A stretch of 33,974 nt of DNA from Paracoccaceae bacterium (GCA_003500165.1 DNSZ01000105.1:693-34666), one strand, 5' to 3'. Counted from the first letter of the stretch, positions 8,973 to 18,471 are shown. The notes: generated by a model from the sequence alone, not told the origin. Program-made: numbers and translations.

Positions 8973-9425
8973 ATGGTATCCTTGCTCCGACATTTCGCCT
9001 TTGCCGTTGCCACGCTGGGCGCGCTGGCCCCTGCCGCCGCGCCGGCGCAGATGACGGGTCTGCAGATCCTGCCGGCGGCCGAGGCCGAGCCGGGCGCGTT
9101 TCAGTGGGTCGCCCGCCTGATCGTGGTGTTCGCCGACTCCCCCGCCGATCCGCGCTATGTCCAGCAGATGCAGATGATCGAGGACGGCGCCGCCGCGCTG
9201 ATCGACCGCGATGTGGTGGTGATCCTCGACACCGACCCGGATGCGGAGTCGGCCTGGCGCCAGCTGCTGCGCCCGCGCGGCTTCATGCTGGCGCTGATCG
9301 GCAAGGATGGCGAGGTGAAGCTGCGCAAGCCGCTGCCGCGCGACGTGCGCGAGTTGTCGGCGCAGATCGACAAGATGCCGATGCGCCAGCAGGAACTGCG
9401 CGATCGCGGCCAGCGGGTGCGCTAG
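8973..9425 (+). CDS. DUF4174-like secreted protein
   Basis: The signal peptide is [26 protein letters not shown]. The body has [10 protein letters not shown] ... [16 protein letters not shown], typical of DUF4174. I chose ATG 8973 rather than the track start at 8937. Confidence 0.75.
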   Translation: MVSLLRHFAFAVATLGALAPAAAPAQMTGLQILPAAEAEPGAFQWVARLIVVFADSPADPRYVQQMQMIEDGAAALIDRDVVVILDTDPDAESAWRQLLRPRGFMLALIGKDGEVKLRKPLPRDVRELSAQIDKMPMRQQELRDRGQRVR

Positions 9426-9564
9426 CCTGTCGGACCCGAGGCCCCTTACATCAGAACGGCGCCAAACGTGGCTTCGCCGCCGCTTGGGCGGGCGGCGCCG
9501 TTGGGTACAGCGCAACGCTGGCCGCAATGGCATCCCAACGGCAGTTGTGGGGCGTTGTCTGTGC

Positions 9565-9651
9565 TGGTGCGGTCGAGAAGACTCGAACTTCCACGGGTTT
9601 TACCCCACAGCGACCTCAACGCTGCGCGTCTACCAATTCCGCCACGACCGC
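9565..9651 (-). tRNA. tRNA-Leu (anticodon GAG), 87 nt with a long variable arm and an encoded CCA
   Basis: The reverse complement reads GCGGTCGTGGCGGAATTGGTAGACGCGCAGCGTTGAGGTCGCTGTGGGGTAAAACCCGTGGAAGTTCGAGTCTTCTCGACCGCACCA. It has a 7-bp acceptor stem, an anticodon stem CAGCG/CGCTG with loop TTGAGGT, and a T-loop TTCGAGT. Confidence 0.97.
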
Positions 9652-9757
9652 ACGTCCTGACAGGGCCGTGTCCATAGCGAAGCATCCCTCCGATGTGAAG
9701 GGGCGAAATGGCGCGGACGCTTGCGCCCGCCTGCCGGGCCGGGCAAGGCGCTTGCGC

Positions 9758-10441
9758 ATGGTGGAGTGGATCATATCGGACTGTCCTGTCGGCTATCCCG
9801 CCGCGCTCTCCTTCATGGAGGCGCGGGTGGCCGACATCGCGGCCGGTCGGGCGGGCGAATGCGTCTGGCTGCTGGAACACCCGCCGCTTTACACGGCCGG
9901 CATATCGGCCCGGGCGGCCGATCTGCACGACCCCGACCGTCTGCCGGTCTTCACCGCCGGGCGCGGCGGGCAATACACCTATCACGGGCCGGGCCAGCGC
10001 GTGGCCTATGTGATGCTCGACCTCAATCGCCGGGGCCGCGACATCCGCGCCTTCGTCAGCCGGCTGGAAGAATGGGTCATCGCCACGCTGGCCGCGTTCG
10101 GGGTGACGGGCCTGACCCACCCCGACCGGGTCGGCGTGTGGGTGGCGCGGCCCGACAAGGCACCGCTGGCCGACGGCACCCCGCGCGAAGACAAGATCGC
10201 GGCGATCGGCATCCGGCTGCGGCGCTGGGTCAGCTTTCATGGCATCGCCATCAATCTGGACCCGGATCTTGCGCATTATGACGGGATCGTGCCCTGCGGG
10301 ATCGCCGGCCACGGGGTCACCAGCCTGGTCGATCTGGGCCTGCCGGTGTCGATGTCCGAACTCGACGCCGCGCTTAACATGCATTTCTGTCGCACCTTCA
10401 CGGATCCATCGACGCTTGAGTCCGCGGCCGCGCGGCTGTAG
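9758..10441 (+). CDS. lipB: Lipoyl(octanoyl) transferase LipB
   Basis: The motifs [40 protein letters not shown] and PCGI are present. It is 227 aa from ATG 9758. The 542-aa track ORF runs across the tRNA and is an artefact upstream of this start. Confidence 0.93.
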   Translation: MVEWIISDCPVGYPAALSFMEARVADIAAGRAGECVWLLEHPPLYTAGISARAADLHDPDRLPVFTAGRGGQYTYHGPGQRVAYVMLDLNRRGRDIRAFVSRLEEWVIATLAAFGVTGLTHPDRVGVWVARPDKAPLADGTPREDKIAAIGIRLRRWVSFHGIAINLDPDLAHYDGIVPCGIAGHGVTSLVDLGLPVSMSELDAALNMHFCRTFTDPSTLESAAARL

Positions 10442-10518
10442 GCCATGGGACGACCCGGGGTGCGCCCCCGGGCCGCAGGGACAAGATGCCGCGACGGGCG
10501 GCCGACAGGGGGCAGGAC

Positions 10519-12177
10519 ATGGCCGACGCCACGCTCGATCATCACGACAGACGGGGTTTCTTCACCCGGTGGTTCATGTCGACGAACCACAAGGATATCG
10601 GCATCCTGTATCTGTTCACCTCGGCCATACTGGGCTTTGTCGCGGTTGCCTTCACCGTCTACATGCGGATGGAGCTGATGGACCCCGGGGTCCAGTATAT
10701 GTGCATGGAGGGCGCGGCATTGACGCCGCAGGCCGACTGCACGCCGAACGGCCATCTGTGGAACGTGCTGATCACCGGGCATGGCATCCTGATGATGTTC
10801 TTCGTGGTCATCCCCGCCCTCTTCGGCGGTTTCGGCAACTATTTCATGCCGCTGATGATCGGTGCGCCGGACATGGCGTTTCCGCGGCTCAACAACCTCA
10901 GCTACTGGCTCTACGTCGCCGGTGCCTCGCTGGCGGTCATGTCGCTTCTGGTGCCGGGCGGCAACAACCAGCTCGGCTCGGGCGTGGGCTGGGTGCTCTA
11001 TGCGCCCTTGTCGACCAGCGAGACCGGCTTCTCCACCGATCTGGCGATCTTTGCGGTCCATGTCTCGGGCGCCTCGTCGATCCTCGGTGCGATCAACATG
11101 ATCACCACCTTCCTGAACATGCGCGCGCCGGGCATGACGCTTTTCAAGGTGCCGCTGTTCCCGTGGTCGATCTTTGTCACCGCCTGGATGATCCTGCTGT
11201 CGCTGCCGGTTCTGGCGGGGGCCATCACCATGCTGCTGACCGACCGCAATTTCGGCACCACCTTCTTTGATCCGGCCGGCGGCGGCGACCCGGTGCTCTA
11301 TCAGCACCTGTTGTGGTTCTTCGGCCACCCCGAGGTCTACATGATCATCCTGCCGGGTTTCGGTCTGATCAGCCATGTCATCGCGACCTTCTCGAAGAAG
11401 CCGATCTTCGGCTATCTGCCGATGGTCTGGGCACTGATCGCGATCGGCGCGCTGGGCTTCGTGGTCTGGGCCCATCACATGTACACGGTCGGGATGAGCG
11501 TGACCCAGCAGGCCTATTTCATGCTGGCCACCATGGTGATCGCGGTGCCCACGGGGATCAAGGTGTTCTCCTGGATCGCCACCATGTGGGGCGGCTCGGT
11601 CGAGTTTCGAACGCCGATGCTGTTCGCCTTCGGCTTCCTGTTCCTGTTCACCGTGGGCGGCGTGACCGGCGTGGTGCTGTCCCAGGCCGGGATCGACCGG
11701 GCCTATCACGACACCTATTACGTGGTCGCCCATTTCCACTATGTGATGAGCCTGGGCGCGGTGTTCTGCATCTTTGCGGGGATCTATTACTGGATCGGCA
11801 AGATGAGCGGCCGGCAATACCCCGAATGGGCCGGCAAGCTGCATTTCTGGACCTTCTTCGTCGGCGCCAACCTGACCTTCTTCCCGCAGCACTTCCTGGG
11901 CCGGCAGGGGATGCCGCGCCGCTATATCGACTATCCCGAGGCGTTCGCGCTGTGGAACGAGGTCTCGTCCTGGGGCGCCTTCCTGTCCTTCGGCTCGTTC
12001 GTGTTCTTCATCGGCGTGGTGTTCTGGACCCTGTTCGCCGGCCGCCGCGTGACCGAGGACAATTACTGGGGCCCGTCGGCGGATACGCTGGAATGGACCG
12101 TATCCAGCCCGCCGCCCGAACACACCTTCGAGACGCTGCCCACCCCCGACATGTGGGACCATCAGCGCGGGCATTGA
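10519..12177 (+). CDS. ctaD: Cytochrome c oxidase (aa3-type) subunit I
   Basis: The sequence is unmistakable: [38 protein letters not shown]. The start is ATG 10519, after a GGGGGCAGGA purine tract. Confidence 0.97.
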   Translation: MADATLDHHDRRGFFTRWFMSTNHKDIGILYLFTSAILGFVAVAFTVYMRMELMDPGVQYMCMEGAALTPQADCTPNGHLWNVLITGHGILMMFFVVIPALFGGFGNYFMPLMIGAPDMAFPRLNNLSYWLYVAGASLAVMSLLVPGGNNQLGSGVGWVLYAPLSTSETGFSTDLAIFAVHVSGASSILGAINMITTFLNMRAPGMTLFKVPLFPWSIFVTAWMILLSLPVLAGAITMLLTDRNFGTTFFDPAGGGDPVLYQHLLWFFGHPEVYMIILPGFGLISHVIATFSKKPIFGYLPMVWALIAIGALGFVVWAHHMYTVGMSVTQQAYFMLATMVIAVPTGIKVFSWIATMWGGSVEFRTPMLFAFGFLFLFTVGGVTGVVLSQAGIDRAYHDTYYVVAHFHYVMSLGAVFCIFAGIYYWIGKMSGRQYPEWAGKLHFWTFFVGANLTFFPQHFLGRQGMPRRYIDYPEAFALWNEVSSWGAFLSFGSFVFFIGVVFWTLFAGRRVTEDNYWGPSADTLEWTVSSPPPEHTFETLPTPDMWDHQRGH

Positions 12178-12686
12178 TGCCGGTCGCGCGGCTGCGGGCG
12201 ACGGGGCCGGACGGCCCCGCGCTGCACCTGATCCTGACGCCACACCGGCCGCTGACCGAGGCGGGGTTTCGCGCGCTGCTGCTGGCGGCCTTTCTGGGCA
12301 TGCTGATCCCGATGGTCGCGCTGCTCGGCACGCCGATGCTGTGGGTGATCCTGGGCTTTGCGCTGGCGGTTCTGGGGCTGCTCTGGGCGCTGATGCGCCA
12401 GCACGCCCGCGCCGCGGTGACCGAAGAACTGGTGCTGACCGAAGACAGCCTGCAGGTTACCCGCCGCGGCCCGCGTGGCGGATTGCGGGACTGGCGGGCC
12501 AACCCGCACTGGACCCGGGTGGAACTGCATGAAACCGGCGGCCCGGTGGAAAGCTACCTGACGCTCGCTGGCGGCGGCCGGACGATCGAACTGGGCGCGT
12601 TCCTGAGCCCCGAGGAGCGGGTCGCGCTGGGCCGGGAATTGCGCCTCGCGCTGGCCGGCCTGCCGGGCTATCCGTTCGCCGGGTGA
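12177..12686 (+). CDS. DUF2244-type integral membrane protein (cytochrome oxidase-associated)
   Basis: It is 169 aa with two adjacent TM helices followed by a soluble domain (WRANPHWTRVEL). Its ATG overlaps the ctaD stop (TGATG at 12175-12179), which suggests translational coupling. Confidence 0.8.
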   Translation: MPVARLRATGPDGPALHLILTPHRPLTEAGFRALLLAAFLGMLIPMVALLGTPMLWVILGFALAVLGLLWALMRQHARAAVTEELVLTEDSLQVTRRGPRGGLRDWRANPHWTRVELHETGGPVESYLTLAGGGRTIELGAFLSPEERVALGRELRLALAGLPGYPFAG

Positions 12687-12694
12687 GGCGGACC

Positions 12695-12721
12695 GGCGCA
12701 ATGAGTCAAACGCATTGCGCC
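12695..12721. terminator. Hairpin between the convergent DUF2244 and yqeY-like genes (bidirectional terminator candidate; also a repeat copy)
   Basis: GGCGCAATG (12695-12703) and CATTGCGCC (12713-12721) form a perfect 9-bp stem with a 9-nt loop. The hairpin starts 8 nt after the DUF2244 stop and ends 6 nt before the yqeY stop. Confidence 0.5.
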
Positions 12722-12727
12722 TTGGTA

Positions 12728-13189
12728 TCAGGCCAGCCGCGCCTTCACCTTTGGGCCGACGACCGCGAAATCCATGCTGCCCGCGTGCCGGGTCTTCAGC
12801 AGCGCCATCACCCGGCCGATATCGCGCACCCCGGTCGCACCGGTCTCTTCGATCGCCGCGGCGATCGCGCGCTCGGTCTCGGCGTCGTCCATCTGGCGCG
12901 GCAGAAAGCCCTCGATCACCGCGATCTCGTCGGCCTCCGCCTGGGCGAGGTCCAGCCGGCCGCCCTCTTCATAGGAGCGCACGCTTTCCTGGCGTTGCTT
13001 CACCATCTTGGCAAGGATCGTGACGATCTCGGCATCGGTCACGCCTTCGCGCCGGGCTTCGGCGCGGAGCGCGATGTCGCGGTCCTTGATGGCGGCGTTG
13101 ATCAGCCGCAACGTGGCGACACGCGTCGCATCCCTCGCCCGCATCGCGTCTTTCAGGCTGGTGTTGATCTTCTCGCGCAGTCCCGGCAT
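12728..13189 (-). CDS. GatB/YqeY domain protein
   Basis: The 153-aa ORF (LKDAMRARD ... LRLINAAIKDRDI ... KQRQES ... YEEGGR) is a classic YqeY family sequence. Confidence 0.9.
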   Translation of the reverse strand: MPGLREKINTSLKDAMRARDATRVATLRLINAAIKDRDIALRAEARREGVTDAEIVTILAKMVKQRQESVRSYEEGGRLDLAQAEADEIAVIEGFLPRQMDDAETERAIAAAIEETGATGVRDIGRVMALLKTRHAGSMDFAVVGPKVKARLA

Positions 13190-13264
13190 GGCATCCTCTG
13201 GCTGGTCGCAAACCGCGCCGGCCTAGCGCCTTGGCGGGCCGGCGGCAAGCGCAGGGAGACCGCG

Positions 13265-14455
13265 ATGGAAAACGGCTGGGGGCGGCGCACGGCCGCGGTG
13301 CAGGCAGGGACGATGCGAAGCGGCTGGGGCGAGACCGCCGAGGCGATCTTTCTGACCCAGGGCTTCGTCTATGCCAGCGCGGCCGAGGCCGAGGCGCGGT
13401 TCGCCGCCGACGACCCCGAGGGATTCATCTATGCCCGCTATGGCAACCCGACCGTGGCGATGTTCGAGGATCGGATCGCCGCGCTGGAAGGCGCCGAAGC
13501 GGGCTTTGCCACCGCCAGCGGCATGGCCGCCGTCACCGCTGCGCTGATGTGCGACCTGCGCCAGGGCGACCGGGTGGTGGCGTCGCGGGCGCTGTTCGGC
13601 TCCTGCCTTTGGGTGCTGACCGAGCTGTTGCCGCGCTTCGGCGTGCAGACCGTGCTGGTCGACGGCACCGACCTCGACGCCTGGAAGGCCGCGCTCGAAG
13701 GCGGGGCGCGTGCGGTCTTTCTGGAAACCGTGTCGAACCCGATGCTGGAGGTGATCGATCTGGCCGCCGTCGCCCGGCTGGCGCATGGCGCGGGCGCCCG
13801 GGTGATCGTCGACAACGTGTTCGCGACACCGGTGTTTCAGCGCGCCCTCGATCTGGGCGCCGATGTGGTGGTCTATTCGGCGACCAAGCATATCGACGGC
13901 CAGGGCCGCTGTCTGGGCGGCGTGGTTCTGGGGGCGCGCGATTTCGTCAAGGGGCCGCTTCAGGGGTTCCTGAAACATACCGGCGCGGCGATGAGCCCGT
14001 TCAATGCCTGGGTGCTGCTGAAGGGGCTCGAGACGCTCGATCTTCGGGTCCGCGCCCAGGCCGCGACGGCCGCTGAAATCGCCGCCGCCCTGCGCGGCCA
14101 TCCGGGCCTTGCCCGGCTGATCTGGCCCGGCGCGCCCGATCACCCGCAGGCCCGGATCGTGGCCGAGCAGACGACCGGCGCGGGCACGATCCTGACGCTC
14201 GATCTGCGGGGCGGCAAACCGGCCGCCTTCGGTTTTCTCGACGCGCTTCGGATCGTGCGGATTTCCAACAATCTGGGGGATGCGAAAAGCCTGGCCACCC
14301 ATCCCGCCACCACCACCCATCAGCGCATCGGGGCGGCCGCCCGTGTGCACCTTGGGATCGGCGACGGGGTGGTGCGCCTGTCGGTGGGGCTGGAAGACGC
14401 CGCCGACCTGATCGCCGATATCGGCCGGGCGCTCGACAGCGCGGCATCGCCATGA
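13265..14455 (+). CDS. metZ: O-succinylhomoserine sulfhydrylase (PLP-dependent, Cys/Met metabolism family)
   Basis: It is 396 aa from ATG 13265 (AGGGAGA upstream). It has the PLP-lysine motif YSATKHIDGQG and the LGDAKSLATHPATTTH motif, and it has alphaproteobacterial MetZ-like length. Confidence 0.92.
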   Translation: MENGWGRRTAAVQAGTMRSGWGETAEAIFLTQGFVYASAAEAEARFAADDPEGFIYARYGNPTVAMFEDRIAALEGAEAGFATASGMAAVTAALMCDLRQGDRVVASRALFGSCLWVLTELLPRFGVQTVLVDGTDLDAWKAALEGGARAVFLETVSNPMLEVIDLAAVARLAHGAGARVIVDNVFATPVFQRALDLGADVVVYSATKHIDGQGRCLGGVVLGARDFVKGPLQGFLKHTGAAMSPFNAWVLLKGLETLDLRVRAQAATAAEIAAALRGHPGLARLIWPGAPDHPQARIVAEQTTGAGTILTLDLRGGKPAAFGFLDALRIVRISNNLGDAKSLATHPATTTHQRIGAAARVHLGIGDGVVRLSVGLEDAADLIADIGRALDSAASP

Positions 14456-15189
14456 GCCGGCCCTTCCTGATCCTGCAATTGCGGCCCGAAGATGCCGCCT
14501 CGGACAGCGAATTCGGCTGCTTTCTGGCCAGGGGCGGGCTGGCGCCTGACCGGGTCCACCGCATCCGGCTGGACCGGACCCCCGATCTGTCGGGCCTTTC
14601 GCTCGACGGCTATGCGGGCGTGATCGTGGGCGGCGGTCCGGGTTGCGTGTCGGATGCGCCGGAAACCAAGGATCCGCTCGAAGCGGCGATGGAAAGCGCG
14701 GTGCTGTCGCTGATGCCCGATATCCTGGCCCGCGACATCCCCTTCCTTGGCTGCTGCTATGGCATCGGGGTGCTGGCGCATCATCTCGGCGCCGAGGTCA
14801 GCAAGCGCCGCTATGGCGAGCCGATCGGCCCGGTCGCCTGCGAACGCACCGAAGCCGGCATGGCCGACCCGCTGACCGGCCCGTTGCCCGACCGTTTCGA
14901 TGCCCTGGTCGGCCACAAGGAAGCGGTGCAGGAGTTGCCGCCCGGTGCCGTGCATCTGGTGCGCTCGGGGCCGTGCCCGTTCCAGATGATCCGCGTCGGC
15001 GACAATGTCTATGCCACCCAGTTCCACCCCGAGGCCGATGGCGACGAGTTCGTGACGCGTATCGAGATCTACAAGTCCTACGGGTATTTCCCGCCGGACG
15101 AGGCCGAGACGCTGAAGGCCACGGCGCGCGCGGCGCGAATCACCGAGCCGCAGCGCATCCTGGCGGGCTTCGTGGCGCGCCATCGCTGA
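14452..15189 (+). CDS. Class I glutamine amidotransferase (GATase1) family protein
   Basis: The catalytic Cys context is FLGCCYGIG and the His-Glu context is ATQFHPE. Its ATG overlaps the metZ stop (ATGA at 14452-14455). Confidence 0.88.
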   Translation: MSRPFLILQLRPEDAASDSEFGCFLARGGLAPDRVHRIRLDRTPDLSGLSLDGYAGVIVGGGPGCVSDAPETKDPLEAAMESAVLSLMPDILARDIPFLGCCYGIGVLAHHLGAEVSKRRYGEPIGPVACERTEAGMADPLTGPLPDRFDALVGHKEAVQELPPGAVHLVRSGPCPFQMIRVGDNVYATQFHPEADGDEFVTRIEIYKSYGYFPPDEAETLKATARAARITEPQRILAGFVARHR

Positions 15190-15198
15190 GGAAGCGGT

Positions 15199-15216
15199 TC
15201 ATGCCAGCCGGCATGA
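15199..15216. terminator. Short hairpin between the convergent GATase and rpmG genes
   Basis: TCATGCC-agcc-GGCATGA forms a 7-bp stem with a 4-nt loop. It starts 9 nt after the GATase stop. There is no clear U-tract. Confidence 0.3.
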
Positions 15217-15284
15217 GCCACGCTCCTTGCCGCCTGGTGTTGGGCGGCCGGGATCGGGCGGCGCTGACGCTGCCCCGGTGCGGG

Positions 15285-15452
15285 CTACTTGATCTTGCCT
15301 TCCTTGTACTCGACATGCTTGCGCGCGACGGGGTCGTATTTCCGCACCGACATCTTTTCGGTCATGGTGCGCGCATTCTTCTTGGTGACATAGAAATGTC
15401 CGGTGCCGGCCGTCGAGTTGAGCCGGATCTTGATCGTGGTGGGCTTGGCCAT
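15285..15452 (-). CDS. rpmG: 50S ribosomal protein L33
   Basis: It is not in the ORF track (55 aa). My own translation is [55 protein letters not shown], stopping at TAG 15285-15287. AAGGGGA lies upstream of the ATG at 15452. Confidence 0.95.
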   Translation of the reverse strand: MAKPTTIKIRLNSTAGTGHFYVTKKNARTMTEKMSVRKYDPVARKHVEYKEGKIK

Positions 15453-15504
15453 CGCATATCCCCTTCGGCCGGGCCGCGCCCGCCGGTCATGACTGGAAGC
15501 GCGC

Positions 15505-15532
15505 CTTTTAGCCGTCCGGACCGGCCTGTCAA
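15505..15532 (-). promoter_or_regulatory. Candidate sigma70-type promoter for rpmG
   Basis: On the minus strand it reads TTGACA (15532-15527), a 16-nt spacer, then TAAAAG (15510-15505). It lies about 50 nt upstream of the rpmG ATG. Confidence 0.4.
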
Positions 15533-15557
15533 CCCGGGGCGCGCGCCGCCCCGCGCG

Positions 15558-15923
15558 CTACATGAAACCGAGTTCGAGCCGCGCCTCGTCGGTCATCATG
15601 TCCATGCCCCAGGGCGGCTCCCAGGTGATCTGGACATCGACCGACCGGACGCCCGGCAGCGGTTCGACCACCTCGGCCACCCAGCCCGGCATCTCGCCCG
15701 CCACCGGGCAGCCCGGCGCGGTCAGCGTCATCGCGATATCGACATGATTCTCGGGGTCGATCGCGATGGTATAGATCAGCCCCAGATCGAAGATATTGAC
15801 CGGAATCTCGGGGTCATAGACCGACCGGCAGGCCGCCACGATCTGGTCGTAAAGCGGGTGATCGGTGCTTGATGGCGCGATCAGCGGCGCGCCTTCCAGC
15901 TTGTCGCCGGTCTGTGCGGTCAT
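15558..15923 (-). CDS. sufT: SUF-system Fe-S assembly protein, DUF59/SufT type
   Basis: It is 121 aa from ATG 15923. The DUF59 core motifs are DPEIPVNIFDLGLIY and TLTAPGCPVAGEM. The track ORF extended to 16070 is not supported. Confidence 0.88.
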   Translation of the reverse strand: MTAQTGDKLEGAPLIAPSSTDHPLYDQIVAACRSVYDPEIPVNIFDLGLIYTIAIDPENHVDIAMTLTAPGCPVAGEMPGWVAEVVEPLPGVRSVDVQITWEPPWGMDMMTDEARLELGFM

Positions 15924-16079
15924 GGCCAAACCCCTATTTCCGACGAAAGATATAGGAAAACGCGAAGCCGCCGTCCAGCCCCCCGGGGCAGGTCCGGGCC
16001 AATCGCCGCGCGGCGGTTCGCAACGGCGCGATCGCGGGTCGGGCTTCCGTCCGGGCGGGCACGGTGGCATGGGGCAGGC

Positions 16080-16709
16080 ATGGTCGGGCGGATCATCGAA
16101 ACCGAAGCCTGCGTTGCCGAAGGCGCGGCCTGGCTGGCGACGCGCGAGCCGCGCTTTGCCGAGGCGCTGGCGCTGACCGGGCCGCTGCCGTTGCGCCGCC
16201 GCGCCGACGGGTTTGCGGCGCTGCGCGACGCCATCGTCAGCCAGCAGATTTCGGTCGCCGCGGCCGATGCCATCGGTGCCCGCATGGCGGCGGCGGGGCT
16301 AACGGGGGCGCCCGCGATTGCCGCCGCCGGGGATGACGCGCTGCGTGGCTGCGGGCTGTCCCGGCAGAAAATCCGCTATCTGCGCGGGGTGGCCGAAGCG
16401 GGCCCCGACTATGCCGCGCTGCGCGCCTTGCCCGATGCGGCGGTGGTCGCGGAACTGACCGCGCTGCCGGGGATCGGCCCCTGGACCGCCGAGATCTATG
16501 CGATGTTCTCCTTGGGTCGGGCGGATGTCTTTGCGCCCGGCGATGTCGCCTTGCAGGAATCGGTACGCTTGCTGTTCGGTCTTCCCGCCCGACCGACGCC
16601 CGGGGCACTGGCCGCGATGGCCGCGCCCTGGTCGCCCTGGCGCGGCGTTGCGGCGCGGCTGCTATGGGCCTACTACCGGGTCGCGAAACAGCGCGAGGGG
16701 ATCCGATGA
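16080..16709 (+). CDS. DNA-3-methyladenine glycosylase II family (AlkA-like, HhH-GPD) protein
   Basis: It has the HhH motif LTALPGIGPWTAEIYAMF followed by the catalytic Asp context APGDVALQ. It is 209 aa. Confidence 0.88.
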   Translation: MVGRIIETEACVAEGAAWLATREPRFAEALALTGPLPLRRRADGFAALRDAIVSQQISVAAADAIGARMAAAGLTGAPAIAAAGDDALRGCGLSRQKIRYLRGVAEAGPDYAALRALPDAAVVAELTALPGIGPWTAEIYAMFSLGRADVFAPGDVALQESVRLLFGLPARPTPGALAAMAAPWSPWRGVAARLLWAYYRVAKQREGIR

Positions 16710-17392
16710 CCGGGCAATTGCAGGCAGGCCGCGCCGGGGCCGAACCCGGTTCGGCCGCGGCGCTGATCATCTTCGTCCATGGCTATGGCGCGAACGGCGC
16801 CGATCTGCTTTCCCTTGCGCCCATGCTGGAGCCCGAACTGCCGGGCTGGGGGTTCCTCGCGCCCGATGCGCCCGATCCCTGCCCGGGCGCCCCGCCGGGC
16901 GGGCGGCAATGGGCACCGATCCCGGCGATGGACGGTTCGGATGCCGCCGTTGCCCAGGCGGCGTTCCTGCGCTCGGCCGATATGCTCGACCGGTTCATCG
17001 ACGGGGTGCTTGCCGAATACGGCCTGCCGCCCGAAAAACTGTTCGTGTTCGGCTTTTCGCAGGGCGCGATGCTGGCGCTGCATCTGGCGCCCCGCCGGGC
17101 CGCGCCGATTGGCGGGGTGATCGCCACCTCGGGGATGCTGATCGCGCCCGAACGCCTTGCCGCCGAGGTCAGGGTGAAACCGCCCGTCCTGCTGGTCCAT
17201 GGCGATCAGGATGCGGTCGTGTCGCCCGCCGCCCTGCCGCAGGCGGCCGAGGCGCTGCAGGGGGCGGGTTTTCCCGTCTATGCCCATGTCAGCAAGGGCA
17301 CCGGCCATGGCATCGCGCCTGACGGGCTGGGCGCGGCGCTGGCCTTTCTGCGGCAGTTTGCCGGACCCGCGGATACGCCGCGCGACGGATAG
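16706..17392 (+). CDS. Alpha/beta hydrolase, phospholipase/carboxylesterase family
   Basis: It has FVHGYGANGADL, the nucleophile elbow GFSQGA, and HGDQDAVV ... GHGI. Its ATG overlaps the upstream stop (ATGA at 16706-16709). Confidence 0.88.
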   Translation: MTGQLQAGRAGAEPGSAAALIIFVHGYGANGADLLSLAPMLEPELPGWGFLAPDAPDPCPGAPPGGRQWAPIPAMDGSDAAVAQAAFLRSADMLDRFIDGVLAEYGLPPEKLFVFGFSQGAMLALHLAPRRAAPIGGVIATSGMLIAPERLAAEVRVKPPVLLVHGDQDAVVSPAALPQAAEALQGAGFPVYAHVSKGTGHGIAPDGLGAALAFLRQFAGPADTPRDG

Positions 17393-17674
17393 CCGGACAG
17401 CTCCAGGCTGGCGTGCCCATGGTGAGCGCGCCGGCTCCTGACCCGTCGATACGGGGCGGCTTGCCGGAAATCCCTCGACCGGCAGGGCCCGGTTCGGGGA
17501 ACGCCGCCATGCCGGACAGCCCTGCCCGCTGCGGGTCGATGCAAGAAAACGTCTCGTCGACCTGCATGTCGGGTCTTGTATGGTTGGAAAAGCCAGATAT
17601 GGTAGCGGCAATGGGGGCAGGGCGGGTGCCACGCCGCTGCGAAACGGATGAGGTCGGGCAGGGACCAGGGCGAC

Positions 17675-18259
17675 ATGGACGGCGATTTCCGGACCCATTT
17701 CGTGCGCGAGCCGGCCGGCCATCGGGCAAACGCCGCCTTGGTGCTGAACGCCGATTACCGGCCGCTGTCCTATTACCCGCTGTCCTTGTGGTCCTGGCAG
17801 GACGCGGTGAAGGCCGCGCTGCTCGACCGGGTGACGATCGTCGCCGAATATGACGAGGTCGCGCGTTCCCCCTCGATCGAGATCAGGATCCCCTCGGTCG
17901 TCGTGCTGAAGGAATATGTCAGACCGCAGAAGCGGGTGGCGTTCACCCGCTTCAACCTGTTCCTGCGCGACGGGTTCCGCTGCCAGTATTGCGGCTCGAA
18001 GGGGGAGTTGACCTTTGACCATGTGATCCCCCGCGCCAGCGGCGGGCGCACCACCTGGGAAAACGTGGTCGCGGCCTGCGCGCCGTGCAACCTGAAGAAG
18101 GGGGCGAAGCCGCTGGCACGCAGCGGGCTGCGGCTGCGCCGCCCGCCGAAACGGCCAAGCGCCGAGGAATTGCGCAATTTCGGGCGTCGCTTCCCGCCGA
18201 ACCATCTGCATGAAAGCTGGCTCGACTTCCTGTATTGGGACGCCGAGCTGGAGGCGTAG
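17675..18259 (+). CDS. HNH endonuclease family protein
   Basis: The HNH/zinc motifs are CQYCGSKGELTFDHVIPRASGGRTTWENVVAACAPCNLKK. I chose ATG 17675 (MDGDFR...), giving 194 aa. The track start at 17648 is also possible. Confidence 0.88.
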   Translation: MDGDFRTHFVREPAGHRANAALVLNADYRPLSYYPLSLWSWQDAVKAALLDRVTIVAEYDEVARSPSIEIRIPSVVVLKEYVRPQKRVAFTRFNLFLRDGFRCQYCGSKGELTFDHVIPRASGGRTTWENVVAACAPCNLKKGAKPLARSGLRLRRPPKRPSAEELRNFGRRFPPNHLHESWLDFLYWDAELEA

Positions 18260-18329
18260 GACCAACGCGCCATGGGTGCGGGTCAGTGCCATGGGTCCGC
18301 TTCCCGCTCGGGCTTCAACCGCGCCGGGC

Positions 18330-18471
18330 GCCGCCATGGGGTCGCTGAGCGCATACCACTGCTGCAGGAGCAGACCCGCCGCATCGTCTCCATCGACCTC
18401 GGCGGGGCTCCTTCATCCTCCGGACCAGTCTATCCCAACCCACCGAAAGCGCTAGGTTTTTCGGACCTTCC
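18330..18471 (-). mobile_element. Decayed 5' remnant of an IS5-family element (terminal repeat plus a fragment of the transposase N-terminal domain)
   Basis: The minus strand of 18338-18373 translates to LLLQQWYALSDP, the signature of the N-terminal domain of IS5-group transposases. The minus strand of 18471-18456 reads GGAAGGTCCGAAAAAC, 13/16 identical to the IS5 terminal inverted repeat GGAAGGTGCGAATAAG as I recall it. The reading frame is broken on both sides of the signature. Confidence 0.6.

Noticed and set aside
8813-9757. Upstream two-thirds of the 542-aa ORF that ends as lipB
   Set aside because: It runs through the DUF4174 gene in another frame and straight across the tRNA-Leu gene. 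LipB similarity starts only at ATG 9758.
10454-10472. CCCGGGG-tgcgc-CCCCGGG hairpin between lipB and ctaD as a terminator
   Set aside because: It is a short GC stem with no U-tract in a genome where such stems arise by chance. I did not think it was supportable as a feature.
10276-12243. 655-aa minus-strand ORF
   Set aside because: It is antisense to ctaD, which is unambiguous. It is a shadow ORF.
12683-13264. N-terminal extension of the 590-aa ORF that ends as metZ
   Set aside because: It is antisense to the YqeY gene. MetZ similarity and a good Shine-Dalgarno begin at ATG 13265.
13190-13264. Possible SAM-II (metA-type) riboswitch in front of metZ
   Set aside because: Alphaproteobacterial met genes often carry SAM-II. 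However, the 75-nt divergent spacer is short, and I could not find the conserved U-rich strand and AAAGC(U) element of the pseudoknot. An Infernal scan with RF00521/RF01826 would settle it.
16673-18337. 554-aa minus-strand ORF
   Set aside because: It spans the esterase gene, the 280-bp intergenic gap and the HNH gene in antisense. It has no motifs and low-complexity Arg/Gly/Pro composition.
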